In this document: positions 35,870 to 50,115 of the stretch, piece by piece
How positions within the stretch are numbered: position 1 is the first letter of the stretch
Layout: each line of letters begins with the position of its first letter
Source: Lama guanicoe
Lineage: Eukaryota
Reading direction: 5' to 3'
NCBI GenBank assembly: GCA_013239625.1
Contig: MU054212.1
Location: 1,178,001 to 1,242,000 of the forward strand
DNA: 64,000 bases
Translations under genes and position numbers: made by a program
The notes under the pieces: generated by a model
Database searches by the model: none
What the model was told of the DNA's origin: nothing
The model's input: only the letters and a program-made list of their open reading frames with translations

Positions 35870-37100
35870 TCCATAAAGATAAAGAACAAGCTACTCCCAC
35901 CTCCGATACCCACGTGACAGCCTGGGGCGCCGCCCTCCACACTCTTTTCCTTGCATGAGTACATACAAGTAGAGATATTTTTTGATATATTACCCTAGAA
36001 GTCACAGGGTTTTTTTTTTTTAATTAAATAATAATATAAGAGGATACCCCTTCAAGGTGATAGATGTAAGTGTATCTTTATGCACAGGGACACAGGCACA
36101 TACATGTAACTTTGTATAAGTAGTGTATCATGAATGCCAGGTTTATCTTTAACACAATCTTTCTCCCTCTGTTCTTTTTACTTGTCACCCCACATCCTCA
36201 TCTCTGCCACCACTGTACCACCCTGTAACCCATGTTAAAAACCTGCTATGTATTTTTCCATATTCTTACCTTTTCTCAGAGAGTCACAAACACAGCGTGC
36301 ATGTGTGCACACACAAAGCAGCTTTCTGACTTCAAGATTCCAAAACAGAATACCAGTTATACACACTTCTCCATGGTTTGCTTTTCCCTTTCAGTACTTC
36401 GTGGAAATCTGTTCCAGTTAAATGGTAAACTAATCCTTTTAATGAATGAGTCATATTCTATGACAAGAATACTGTCTATCAAAGTATATTTTGCCATTCT
36501 CCATGAAAGGCATTCACTGTTTTCATTGTTCTGCCAAAACAAACAATGCAGTAAAATCATCTTAATATATTGCATTGCTAATTAAACCTAATGTTTTCAT
36601 TTCTATGGCAGGGAGTACCAGCGGTAAGACTGCTGGGTCAAAAAGTATCTCTATTTTACTTTTCCGGGGATGCTGCCAGATTGCTTTCTGAAAAGATTTT
36701 AACAATTTTATTTCATCAGTCATCCATGACGGCACTTCCCCCCCTCCCCACCAGCAACAACTGGTGTTAATGGGCGTTCTTACTCAAGTTTTCTCAGTCC
36801 GACTAGAAAGTGATACCACAGTGCTATTTTGTTTTTCCTTGACCACTAGTGAATTAGAACATCTTTTCATATATTTAATGACCACCTGGATTTACACATC
36901 TGTAAACTGTCTCTCTATATCATTTGTAACCTCTGGCTTTTTTTTCTGTCAATTTGTAAGAATTTGTTGACAGAGACTAATCTTCCATTTGTCTTTTACT
37001 AATCTTTCAGTTAGATTGCAAATAGAATCATTTATAGCTTAAAAAAAAAACTTACAGGCAAATGTGTCTTGTCATTTTTTAAAATAGCTCCTGGGTTTAA
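35870..37100 (-). mobile_element. Old L1ME-like fragments
   Basis: tgctgggtcaaaaagtat...gctgccagattgctttctgaaaag...actagtgaattagaacatcttttcatatatttaatgacca. Confidence 0.6.
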
Positions 37101-37894
37101 GGCTTCTTCCCTCAACCCAGGTTTCTTTTTTAACCCGATATTCTAATTCTTTAAATGACCAAAACACGTATGTGTATCTCAAGACCCTATTTCTACATAT
37201 AAATAGCTAGATACCTTTAAGGCATCTGTCCCTGCCCATTCGCAGTGGACCCCTTGTGCCTCTAAGAGTTCTGTGCCCTCTCGCCTCTATGCCTGTCACA
37301 ACGGGGCCTGTGAGGTTGCCCAGTTTGCTTTCTTCAAGACAGAGGAGCTCTCTCTCCAACAATTCTCTTACCCACGCGTCCAGGAATCTTAACAGTCTAC
37401 ATTTTTATTTAGTTTTAGTCCAGTTTCTATCTCCTTTCAAAAGACCCTTGACCACTGATCTGTATGCTTCAGGGAGGAGAGGAAAAGTTTGGTGGGTTTT
37501 TTTTCTAAAGCACCATTTTCACAAATGCTGTGGGCATCACATTATCCCTGAACTAACTGAATTCTACCAGAATGAAGTGTGTGAATGCTAACAGCTAATG
37601 TTTAGTGTTTACCCCGTTTTAGACCCCGTGTTAATCACATAACAAGCATCCCCTCACTGAAGCCTCTAAATAAGCCTCCAAATTACACACTCATTAATGA
37701 AATAACCTGTCCATGAGTGGTCGAACTGGAATTCTTTAGCTCCAGATCCGTAGCACTTGGGTTTCAGAGTGCCGACTGCCACTCTGCATGAACTTGAACA
37801 AGCGACTCCCTATTCCACGCCTCAGTGTTTCTACGCAGAGAACGACAGTTCTATGTCACATGGTCATGGTGAGGTTCCAGTGCAACAATGCACA

Positions 37895-38105
37895 TACAGT
37901 AGTATTTTTTAAACTTTGAGTCCTAGTCATTGGTGGTTTGTAAACTCAATTTAATGACTCATATAACCGGCATTTAAGAAAAATGAAGAAACAGAATATA
38001 ACATCTTACAAGAGCAGGTATTATAAATGAGAATTCTGTTTAATAACACACACACCTGTAATGTAGATACTATGTGGTCAAATACTTTTTTAAAAACATT
38101 TTCCA
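37895..38105. mobile_element. Charlie4z-like hAT fragment inside a MIR
   Basis: cattggtggtttgtaaactcaatttaatgactcatataaccggcattt, with MIR-like flanks at about 37750-37890 and 38130-38190. Confidence 0.4.
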
Positions 38106-41100
38106 CTCTGGGACTTGGTCAGTGCTGTACAACACTCAGCCCAGTGCCTGGGAGACAGAAACTCGCGACATCCAGTGGGTACTGATGTTACTATTAACTA
38201 TTTCAGGGAAAAACCGCCTCATTTTCCTATCTGAGTTGGTCAAGATTTAAAACTGCTACTATGTTCTGGAGGAATAATTTACTTTTACTAATTACAGTTT
38301 CAAAAGATGACCTAGAAAAAGGGCTGTTTACTGGACAATATTCACAACTAGATAAAGGTTTACACGGAGAAATAGGTAAGAAGTACCGCTCTTACCCAAA
38401 AGGACGGTGGCAAGGCTGTGACATGAGCGCCAGTCCCCGGGGAAGGCTCTACACAGGACACGGTGGCCTCACATGTGATCAGATACCGGTGTGGCCAGAG
38501 GAGATTTTTCAAACTCCAGACTTGGGCTCAGAACCTCTGGTTCTGGGGCAGGGGACTCTTAAAGGCTCTTTAAAAAGACTTGGTTAGGGCACAATGAAGC
38601 AACATGGGAGGGGCTGCTGGTAAAGTTCCTTTCCTCCTTGTCATTTAATAGCTCTTGCTATTCCTTGTTTTAACGTCATACGACCTGGGTAAAAGTGTTC
38701 AAACAACATTTTTCATTTACCTGAAATGATGGAAGGGAATATATTAACAAATCCCAAGCATAATTTGATTGTGCTTTAAACATTCCACTGCCATTATAAA
38801 ACAGTATTAAAACTGACTCCTGTCTTCAGACTTGAGGGCACTTGCCTTCACCAAACACAGCCTGGAGACATCCAAGCACGGCTCCTCCGTTCAGGCTTCT
38901 CCTCGGCATCTACTTGGGAATGACCTCGAACTCAAAGATGTTGTCTACACGCATAGGAATTTTAAAAGCTACTCTGATGTTCTAACTTAAAGCCCTGAGG
39001 TTGGCTGGGGTTCCATGCTCTGCCTGAATTCCACGATTCTTAATTTTCCCTATCTTCTCTTGCCCCCACTGTTAATTTCTTACATATCTGCTGCTCACCA
39101 GGCTCAGCCCCCTGAGGCTGGGGACTAGGTCTTGTTCTCCTCTGCATCCCCACGGTGCGGAGTAGTTTGCACGTAACAGGTGCTCAATTTTATATCTAAT
39201 GTCTTCTGAAGTTAAAATGGGCCACAGAGAGAAAAATAGTGGAAAAAAATGAGAGGTGGATAAGGAGCAAGTGAGGCATGAAGAACACAGATAACCAAAT
39301 TTTCCACCTCTAAGTCACTTAAGAAAACGGTTTTAAAACCAAATTCCTTAACACACATTTTCAGTTGTGCTTAACAATTAAACATTTGTTCATGCTATTA
39401 AATATTCTGAAAGAATCATCAGTTTGAGCAGAATATTCATTTGGATATTTAGAAAAGCAAGCAACCTTTGATGCAAGATCAAAAGAATGAACTAACAATC
39501 TAATAATTTCATAGAGAAGCAGACTTTATCATGGTAGCACTGAAGATGTGTGTGCACACATGTGCATATGTATTAGGTGTTTTGTACTTCTGTGTGTTTA
39601 TCTGTGTGCAATTATTAGGTGCTTAGCATCTCTCCTCTCAGCTATCAGAATTCCTCTTTCCTTCTCTCCCAAATCTGTTCTTCCACAAGTACCAATTTAA
39701 ACATAACCCTAATGTACAAAGCTTCTATTTGAATCTAATCATCTGATTTCGATGGCACTATTGATGTTTACTAGATACTCAAAATGAAACATCTTCCAAA
39801 TAAGGAAGCCATTAAAAATAAACTATAAAATTAAATTATGTTCACAAAACTGAACATTAGATTTTAAAATGTTACAAGAGTACATGACCATAGTAATAAA
39901 AAGCCTTATTTTCACCCATTATGTATAATCTTACAGAGTTCATCTGGAATCGCAGTTCACAAATCTATTCTCTTAAAAAGGTTGAAAGGAAAGTAATGTG
40001 CGAAGAAGCCTAGTGACCTCGTCACCGATGGATAAGCGTATTCTTACTCACAAGTCATGCGAAAAGTACCAAGTTCCATTTTTGGAAAGGTACCACTCCC
40101 CTCTACCCTTTCTCCCTCCTGGTTGGGACAAAGAATCATAGAGAAGGCAACACTCTTATTCACCCTCCACTCGCTTCTTGAGAACATGCAAGATGGTTAT
40201 TGTGCATTTACTGAAATTATTACCATTAGACTCTATGCTCTGCTGAACCTGCAGATGGAACACCGCAGGTACTCAGTAAACGCTGCTGAGAAAAACTTCA
40301 TGGCTGTTAGTTTTCTATAAACTAGGGCCTGAGGCTGAATAAACTGTCCCATGATGCATTTATCATGTAACTTTTCCATAATATTCCTCAGTCATGTAGT
40401 ATTAATTAAAACTAGCTGTAATATACTTGGATATGTAAGATCTTCAAAGGCTCCTTCTATATGAAATATTTGCTAAGTGTAATATATTAACATCAACACA
40501 AAACAACTAAAATACACCTAGACAGTTAAATTCCTAAAATCTATCTATCCCCCTTTCAGCAGAAGCAAGCCTGGACAAGTCTCAAAAGAGACCTCTTTTC
40601 TTGCATGACTGACACTGTAATGTACCTTCTACCAACTTCCAGGTTTGAATTCGGACCAACAGAGGAAATGCAAGTTCTCTCTGCATCCTGATAACATCAT
40701 CTGAAGCGTACCAGAAACCAGCACCTCACTTAGGGCTGAGTCAGACAAAAGGTGCTGGGGACAGCTGGACAGGTATTTAAGCTGCTCCTAGACATCCTCA
40801 ACTCAAATCAGCCCAGAGGCTTGGCAGCAGGTCAGCACAAGTCTCAGATGAGACGAGATGAGAAAGGGGGCAGTCACATGCCTTTTTAGGTTCTGTGCAT
40901 CTTTTAAATATCCAACAACTTGTTTTCCTATTTTAAGCTTACTGTGATAATTTGATGTGATTATATATTACTATTTGATTTTGCTGTGTATTTCCAAGAT
41001 TATTTTTCACTTTTGACTTCTTAAATAATAGCGAGCCTATGATTATCGCTTAATAAATCTGGCCCTACACAGCAAAAAGATTAGGGTGATTATATGTCCT

Positions 41101-43134
41101 TGTGTCACCTGTTCTGATTTTAAACTTTGATTTTAAAATAGCATATTCAAAATTTCAAAAATTCAGACTGATTTTCCTACTGGCTTTCTAAAATTCAGAA
41201 TTCATGTCTAAGTTCAGTAACACAGTAAATTTACTTCCTACTCTTGTTAGTTTATCAGCATGACTAAATTAAGAGGAAAGCCTGTAGAACCATCACATTT
41301 CCAAGCCAAAACAGACTAATGAAAACATATCTATGAACCAGTTCATAGAGAAGCTGTCCCTTTGGGGAGCAGGATCCCCTCATGGGGTTTGGCACAGATG
41401 GGAAGAGGGCAGGACACAGAAAAGAAGACCTCAGCCTAGGGACAGGGTGCATGTTTTCTGCTCACCCTTACCTCTAAGAATCACTAAGACTTCATGCAGT
41501 GGGAGGCGGAACAGACGTAAACTAACTGAAATGAAGACAGCAGATCACGGTGAGGTCATCTTGACCTAAAGGAAGTGATCTCAATGATAGAGAACACTGA
41601 TGGAATGCAGGCTGCATGCCACACAGGTCAGAGCCACTACCTTCTGCCCTGTCTCCCCTGAAGGCTGACCGAGCCTCCTGCAGTGCAGACGGCTAAGGAG
41701 CAGAGAGGCACGGAGAGGGTGAGCACAAATCTGCCAACACCTCCTCACATTCCAGAAAGGACCCGAGACTGTCTATGGCTAGTCATTTTGTTGGCAGGAA
41801 AGGGGAGAGAAGCCTTTCCTGATTACAATAGAAATTTCTTGGACTCTACACTAAGCAATGTCTCATCCTGGAAACTGAATGGCTCCAGCTGGATGAGGAG
41901 TCTGGCAGGGGGTGTGCGAAGGACAGCAAGACCCCAGAGCAGATCTGAGCACTGGACGGCAATGGCTGACCCTTGAACCAACTCTGGAGCAAGGCTGTGT
42001 CTAACAGGCTGCGTGTTACCTGCAACACTGCAGACAAGGACTTCAGGTCCCCGAAACAAGAGTTTAGGGACTATGCAAAACATAGCTAGCAACAAGAGAA
42101 GATGCAGAGAGAAGCAGAGATGCACTGAGTGATACAAGTATCGCTCTGCACATACCACTCTGCCCTGTTCCATGGCTTCGAACTTTTTAGACATATTTCC
42201 CTTTAAAGCACACCCATTTTTCCACAATGAACTTAACAATTTGGGATCTGCTTTAGCCAGTTCAATAGCCTGATTTAGCTTCCTTTTAACATGATCTGAG
42301 ACCTTTCTGACTGCTTGCCATCAGAGGGATAGAATTTCTAGGGAGAACTGAATTTCTGGTTCCTTCCTGCTCTGTGACATATAATACCTTCACCGGCGTT
42401 ATCTGACGTAAACATCGGTTTCCCCTTTTTCCTTTCTGATTGCTCTGAGCATAGTGACATATCTGTACTGCAAAGAACAGCAATCTTCCTCTTTCCTAAG
42501 GTTTATTCTGCTAACAAAGATTACACGGTGTCCTGAAACACACAATCAGATTGAAGTCGCGTACCTCACCTTCTGAGATTTTCTTGTTCTTTCCAATAAG
42601 ATCATGGCAATCATATCCCGAAGGGAAACAACCAAAAACTTTGGTTTTCACTAATAAGAGAATGCATAGCTATTGAGGAGAAATAAATAACTTCTATGAA
42701 AACATCACACCTTTAATCATTCCTGCATCCTTTGGAGAATCCTGCTTTGGTAGGAAGTTGGTGGATAACAGAAATTATAGGAAGAGAAGTTTTTAGCTCC
42801 TGTTTGTTTGAAATTGGCAGAACTTCCAATGTGTTCTTTTGTACGCTCATGTTAATACAAGTGGAAATGTATAAAGGCCCAGAAAATAAGTTCCACGTCC
42901 ACTTTAATTTGTAACAGTGCCTAGCACTGAGCCAACAGCAGATGGGTGCTTAATGCTTGCTTTGGGACTATGATGTTCATTCTCTGTAAATTATTACACA
43001 AAAGAAACAAACAGCTGCATTAATTAAAGGCTGGGACAAACCGTTTTACATTTCAGAATACAAATCTGGGAATTTGTCTAGGAATATAAATCTTTGTTAT
43101 TCTAAACATCTATAAAGGTTCTAAATTTTAAGAA

Positions 43135-43345
43135 AAGAACAGAAGCTCTGGAGTCAGAATACCTGGCGTGCATGCAGGTCCTATCACTTATCTGCAAAGC
43201 GACTGGGCAAGTCAGTTCAACTTTCTGTGCTTCAATGTCTTCATCTGTTAAACTGAGGATATAATACTATCCATCCTGCCTATAACTCAGAGGCATTTTG
43301 AGAACCAAAAGCCGTGGAGTTTGTGAAAGTACCTTATAAGCACCA
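43135..43345 (+). mobile_element. MIR SINE
   Basis: gctctggagtcagaatacctgg...gactgggcaagtcagttcaactttctgtgcttcaatgtcttcatctgttaaactgaggatataata. Confidence 0.75.
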
Positions 43346-45339
43346 ATTTGTAATCCAAATATATGCTGCAGAGAGGAACATTATGCACAATACTGTAAGG
43401 AGCTCTGGATCTGGGGCTGACATAGCGCAGTCAGAAGACAGAGACTTTAGCAATCAGACCAACTAGGTACTAACCATCCTGCTGTTGGACTGTGCTTTTG
43501 TGGGGACTTACTGCTCACATCAGAGATGAAGCAGCTGACCTGTGGACAGCTAAAATGCTGACCAAAGCCGTACAGCTATAGAAAGTCACAGAGCCAGGAC
43601 CAAATGCAGAAAGGAAAGCACATTAAGCGGATGGCTCTCGACTGTCTAATGATCACAGTATACCCTAGGCTACTAGAATTTCTGTCAATATACTTGAGGT
43701 ATTCAAAGACCCACAACAACAAAGCACAAAAGTACAACAAAACTATAGAGAATCTATGGTTATAAACTATCTACTTGGTTCACCTACAGAAGTCTGTTTT
43801 GCTGAGAAGTGTTAACTGCCCCAACTGTGTCCTCTTATAGCCCAGAAAGCAAGCTGCTTCACTTTAGCACTGGGATGACACCAGGCTCCGTCCCCTACCC
43901 CGTCCTCAAAGCTGGCTGTACCCAGCCTGCTCTAGCACACGTTGCATTATGTTCCATCACACATCATGACGGGATGCAGCCCTGGCTACAGTCATTTAGG
44001 TTTTCGACATCTGTCAGATGCAGAGGCAATGCTTCCTGCGTGAGAACCAGGATGTGTAATTAATGTGAGTCACTCCACAGTAACAAGGAACTGGCTTTGA
44101 GAATACTCGCCATGGCAGGATGGAAGTTCACGCTCATCTTTCAAATTCTGGCTGAACATGGTGCCACATCCATATGACTCAACAGCAGGTTATATCCCAC
44201 AATCAGCGTCAATCATGTTCTATAAGCAATGAATGTGTTTTGGAAAGAGATGTGAATAAATCAAATTTTCTGAAGATTTTCAAGGCACCAGGCAAGCAAA
44301 CTGTTAAAGGATCTCTATACGTTTTCAAAACAGTCACTTCACTCATTTACCTTGTAAATCCTTATTATTATATATGGTGTTTTCTGAAAGAGGAAAATTC
44401 TCCTGTGTTAACAGGCACAGCAAACAATACCGAAGGACTCTGTCCCCTGAGGCAGTTTTCTCCTTCAGGCAAAATTTAAGTTGGCACGGCTCCAGCAGGA
44501 AGGAGACACTTCAGTGTATTTATAAAGACCAAATCCCACAGTCATCACAAGTCAAGATGCCCAATCTATGAATTATTGTACTTAAGAAATGGCAGAGTAA
44601 ACAGAATAAGGCAGACCATTAAAGGACTAGGTTATACTGAAAGATACTTTCCAGGCACTAAGAACCTGGTTTTCCTGTGTGTGGAGGGGAAGGAGGACGC
44701 ATCTTCAAACAGAGCATCAGGACACCTGGCAAGAATACACATTTTAGTTAATATTTAACTTCTTTCTTTTGACATTCTGAGGATTATAAGAGCATATAAA
44801 GCAAACTTGAAATAGAAATTGGATATTTACCTAAGAGATTTAGAAAGCCTAGGGATCGAACGGAGAAGTAATGAGTCCTCTGTATGGGGAAGCTAGTACC
44901 AAGGGACTAAGGAATGAATAACAGAGCTTCAAGCCTCTAGTCACCTCTTGTTTACACTTCTGACAACGTAAGCTCACAACCAGCTTGGTGGAGGCCAGCC
45001 ACACCTTTGTAATCTCAATAAAAAGAAAAATCATGTTTCAATTTAACCACTGCTATGAAATATCCTTATAAAATATAATGGAAATCAACCATAGAAGACA
45101 TTAAATGGGACAGCTTTCCTAAGTTCACATTTACCAAAAGAAAATAATGTTATTCCAGAATCAACACTTAAGATACTTGTTCCCCAAATTTCAGTTTCAA
45201 AGGTCAAAGTAAATGTCTAAAATCTATACAAATACCTTTCCTTGTAAGTTAAAATACACAGAGAAAACAATTCCATTTACTCACTTTTGCTTGAGGTTTA
45301 TCAGTTTTCTACTTATAACAGCACCTGAGATTTAATTAG

Positions 45340-45515
45340 TTAAAATCACTATGATACCTTTGCATAGATTATCTCACTTAATTACCACAATAAGCCAACA
45401 AGGTAGGTCTGATTATTATAGCCATTTTACAAAATAAGTTGAGTTTCAAAGTGGTTATAACTTGCTTAAAGTCAGGAACGTAGTCTATATGGGATTCAAA
45501 CCCAGGTAGTTCTTA
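45340..45515 (-). mobile_element. MIR SINE
   Basis: attatctcacttaatt...attatagccattttacaaaataag...aacttgcttaaagtca...gggattcaaacccagg. Confidence 0.7.
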
Positions 45516-45856
45516 ATAACTACACTTTTCTAGTTCATGCATTTTTTTCAAAGAGCATATGGTGGTAAGAATTATGTGGTAGTTACCTGCTATGTGATAA
45601 GAACTAGATATTTTTCTAAGAGTTATCTTCCCTTTTGAGAAACCTGGGGGAAAAAATTTTCAACTCATATCACATACGAAAAGCTAGTTTCTGTAATAAT
45701 ATACGAAGCACCTGAAAACTGTTAAGTTCAACAGTTCAAGAGAAAAATGGGCAAGAAGTATTAGCAACTCACAGAAAAAGGAATACAAACAGATCTTAAA
45801 AAGATGGTAAACCTCCCTTATTTCAGAAATAGACACTTCATAAGAATAAAGGCTTT

Positions 45857-47038
45857 GCATTTGATAAAATTTAATATTTATTCACAATATAAAACTCTTA
45901 CCAAAGTGGGTAGAGAGGGAACATATTTCAACATAATAAAAGCTATTTATGACAGACCCACAGCCAATATAATACTCAATGGTGAAAAGCTGAAAGCATT
46001 CCCAGTAAAATCTGGAACAAGACAAAGATGCCCCCTCTCACCACTTCTATTCAACACAGTATTGAAGTTCTAGCCACAGCAATGAGACAAGAAAAATAAA
46101 AAGGATCCAAATTGGAAGGGAAGAGGTCAAGCTGTTATTATGTGCAAATGACATGATATTATATAAGGGAAACTCTAAAAACTCCATACAGAAACTAATG
46201 AATTCAGCAAAGTAGCAAGATACAAGATTAATTTACAAAAATTTGTTGCATATCTTTAAAATAACAATGAAAAATCAGAAAAGGAAAGTTAAAAAATTCC
46301 TTTTAAAATCACACCCAAAAAACCCAAAATACTCAGGAATAAACCTGACCAAGGTGAAAAACCTATATGATAAGAGTTATAAAACATTGATAAGGGAAAC
46401 TGAAGACAATTCAAAGAAATGGAAAGATACCCCATGCTCTTGGATTTGAAGAATTAATATTGTTAAAATGGCCATACTAACCCAAAGCAATCTACAGATT
46501 TAATGTGATCCCTACTGAAATTACCCAGGACATCTTTCACAGAATTAGAACAAATAATCCTAAAATTTATATGAAATCACAAAAGACCTAGAACTGCCAA
46601 AGCAATCCTGAAGGAAAAGAACAAAGCTGGATGCATAAACCTCCCAAACATCAGACAATACTACAGAGCTACAGTAATCAAAACAGCATGGTATTGGCAT
46701 AAAAACAGACATATGGACCAATGGAACAGAATAGAGACTAAGAATAAACCCAAACATCTACAGTCAATTAATCTTTGACAAAGGAGGCAAGAATATACAA
46801 TGGAGAAAAGACAGTATCTTCAGCAAGTGGTGATGGGAAAGCTGGACAGCCTCATGTAAATCAATGACATTAGAACACTCCCTCATATACACAAAAATAA
46901 ACTCAAAATGGCTTAAATATAAGATGTGACAGCATACAACTCTTTGAAGAGAACACAGGCAAAACATTCTCTGACGTAAATTACAGCAACGTTTTCTTGA
47001 GTCAGTCTCCCAGGGCAATAGAAATAAAAGCAAAAATA
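45857..47038 (+). mobile_element. L1 ORF2 internal fragment (reverse transcriptase region), inactivated
   Basis: Translations [44 protein letters not shown] and SKKWKDTPCSWI. The catalytic FADD reads CAND at about 46141-46152. Frameshifts and stops present. Confidence 0.95.
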
Positions 47039-47049
47039 TGCTGTACCTT

Positions 47050-47225
47050 GGATTTGGTATTATTTTAGAAATAATTTTTTAAATTATGTGGGCATGGGAG
47101 ATGGAAAGGTCTGCAGATGAAGCAAAGTTGGGTACATGATAAAGGCTGAAGATACACAATGGTTTGAAGGGTTCATTATATTATTCTATTCGTACCTTTG
47201 AAAATTTCCATGAAAGTTTTAAAAA
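47050..47225 (+). mobile_element. Old L1MC/ME 3' end, apparently continuing the old L1 piece at about 45660-45845
   Basis: gggttcattatattattctattcgtacctttgaaaatttccatgaaag. Confidence 0.6.
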
Positions 47226-49039
47226 TGGGATTATATGCCTGAAAGTATATTCTTTGTTTTTTTCATACCCTAGGCAAACAACATAAATTCATTAGCTGCT
47301 TGCTGTTTTGTTCATTCAAGCCTATCTGTACAGATTATAGCTGCCCTAGAAAACTGCTCTCATTCGTCCCTGAAAACCGCTGATCTAGAACAGATGAGTG
47401 AGCCCGCGGAGTCGGGTGAAAGAGCACCTCGCCGTCATCTGCTTACAGAAGGAGAAGCTGGGAAGAGTCTGCGTGTTTTTCCAAATGTGTTTTAAAGGGC
47501 CCCAAGCCCCCAGAGGTGTTTCAGGGGTCACAGGCAGGATACAGGGACGGCCTGTGGGCCTCAGAGCCTTAGCCCCTCCTTCCAAAATAGCAACTCCTCT
47601 TCCACCTGCTTTTTAAACCTGGGCAGGAAGAGGTGATTTCTATAGAACGATGCCTGTTTCCCCAGAGTAATTCCTGGCAACAAGCTAGGCAAGTCCACCT
47701 GGCTTTGTGAAGATAATTATCGTGAATCTGGACTCATACTGACTTTTTTTTTTCTCACTAACATACCCGCAATGACCCCACAGCCTATCAGTCTGTTAGT
47801 CCTAGGTCAGGTTTCCACTTACTGATTGGGTGATCTTTTGAACTCTTCTGCCCCCACCTGCCGGGCTGGCACTCCCTCTTACCGGTCACGGACTCTCAGA
47901 TGGCTTCCACAGGAGACACGGGTGTCCTGTGTCATCCGAGCGGCCTGCTGGCTTTTGCTCCTCTGCTCCAGCTACTGCCATCCCGCTCGCTAGTCTGTTC
48001 CAGGCGTCTGATCTCCGTGCCCTCTGATGACAGACACCTGCAGTTCCAGGACTGCCAGCAGGCTGCCCGCCCTGCAGCACAGCGGTACCCTGGCCCAGCC
48101 TCCATGTCTCTTAGAGGATCCACATCTTCTCTCCCAGCTGCTGCTCCTCGAGCTTCTTACTGCTTCCTGGTCCCTGGTGGTCTTCTCACTTGGGCTACTG
48201 AGACAGGCTTGTGTCCAGCTTGTTAAAAGTCAGGCCCCAGAGGAGAGCTGCACTGAGCTTCTGGTGACACTTTTTTTTTTTAATTACAGCCCCCCACTGT
48301 CCAGAGCAACAAGTACCGTGAGAGCATAGAACTCGGTGTCTCTGGAACCGCTGCTCCTTCCAGGTCACAGGCCTGAACACAAACCTGGCTAACTCAGCAC
48401 AGGGCTCCTCCTACTGAGTCCTCAGACGCATCTGGACTCCTGCTTAAGTGATCCTGGTCCCCACATGACAATAAGGAATTATCCCAAATATTTCCTAACA
48501 GACAAGGGTGTTTTCTGCCCAGGCCACCCAGAGGACCCCTGAGTGGGGTGACTTGTTAGTTACTCTCTGTCCTGCCCTAATCATAATCAAGTCTGAAACC
48601 AGATGATCTGTCTCAGTATCTACAGGGAGACTTCAAAACCACGGTGGGTTTGTACTAGTGATTTAAAGATATTCAGAGTTGAATAATTTTTATTTACCAT
48701 GAACAGTATTTTCTTAATATAGTTTTACTTCTTAGAAGATATTGTCTTAGCTTAGTTTTTCAACCTCTCTGACTTCAATTTGTCAGTACATTCTTCATAT
48801 ACAGAAAACAGCTGTTATCTGGTTACCTAATAATTCAGTTCTAAAGCAGAAATGAAGGATAAATAAAGGGTAGACTAAGACTGTCTGGAACCCTAACCTA
48901 TGATTTCAGTAAACTAAACCTTTGAGATTCTTAGCCACATTCATGAAAGAATCGAAGGGTTTTATTCCACTAAATACATCAAGAACAAGTACGTTAATTA
49001 GAATCAGATAAAAACTTAGTCCCTATCACATTTCTGTTG

Positions 49040-50115
49040 TACGAAATCCTTCCGTATTTTAAAACTGCAAAGGTATTTTTTGTATTCTCTTGTAGAAGTT
49101 TTATGAAGTTTTCCCTTCCACACTGGTTTGTGTTTCATTCATCTACAATTTGTATTTGTGTATATTAAATAGGGGTCCATTTCCTTTTTAATTTTTTTTT
49201 TCTGTATTAGATGATTGTCCCAGCACCATTTACCTAACAATCCACTCTCTCCCTCGCTGATCTGCTATGTTAGCTCGATTACTCAAACCAGATTTCCTTG
49301 TACGTGTGGGTCTCGGGACCTTTTACTTCCGTTCTTCAGGTCAGTCTTGCTTGTAGGACAATTCTGCACTAAAGATTTGTAATCAGTCTTGACGTTTGGT
49401 TGGGCGAATGCCTTCCCTTTTCCGCCCCCAACCAACTTCCTGAACGGTATCTTGGCTCTCCAAAGCTGTCTGTGCTTAAACATGTATTTCAGAATGCATT
49501 TCCCAACTTCCAAGGAAAAGGATATTGCAATTTTAATTAAAAATACATTGAGTCTACAGATCAAGTTGGCAAAATATATTTTAAGACAATGACTTTTCCT
49601 TATTGGTAAGTTTTATGTCTTTCAGTAAGTTTTATATTACACATTTTTTTTGGCTAAGATTTATTCCTAGGTAAGTGACTTTTTAATAATTACTGAATCT
49701 CCCCAGTCCCCAGTTTTAACTGTAGTTTCTGTCTGTTGAAGGTACATGGAAACGCACTTAGCTGATTTTGTATAAAAGCAACCTGGCCACACTTTCTCAC
49801 TAACTATAATAATTTGTCTGCAGATGTCTAGAGTTTTGTTCCTGAATTCTGGAGTGCACTGTGTCTCTGGTTAGGACCTCCAAACAATGTCGAACAGAAA
49901 AGACGATGACAGGCATCCTTGTCTTATTCCTGCTCTTATTTAAGAGCAGTTTTTAATATCTCAAGTATTTATTTGTTGCAATTTTCAACCAGATTCAAGA
50001 TGTTCTCTTCTGTTTGTGACTTGCTAAGATATTAATCATGAATGACTGCTTTATCTCACTATTTTTTTCTTTATTAGAAGGATCGTATGATTTTCTCTTT
50101 TAATCTATTAATAGT
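49040..50115 (-). mobile_element. Very old L1 ORF2 fragments
   Basis: ttgtcccagcaccatttacc; attgagtctacagatcaagttgg; tggttaggacctccaaacaatgtcgaacag...gacaggcatccttgtcttattcctg. Confidence 0.7.

Noticed and set aside
42533..42569. GT-AG segment (gtgagg...tttcag on the - strand) as an intron following a small ATG-containing exon
   Set aside because: Only 37 nt, below the usual minimum for mammalian introns.
45804..46449. Reverse-transcriptase-like ORFs as part of an active or novel RT system
   Set aside because: Ordinary decayed L1 ORF2 with frameshifts, stops and a mutated catalytic motif.
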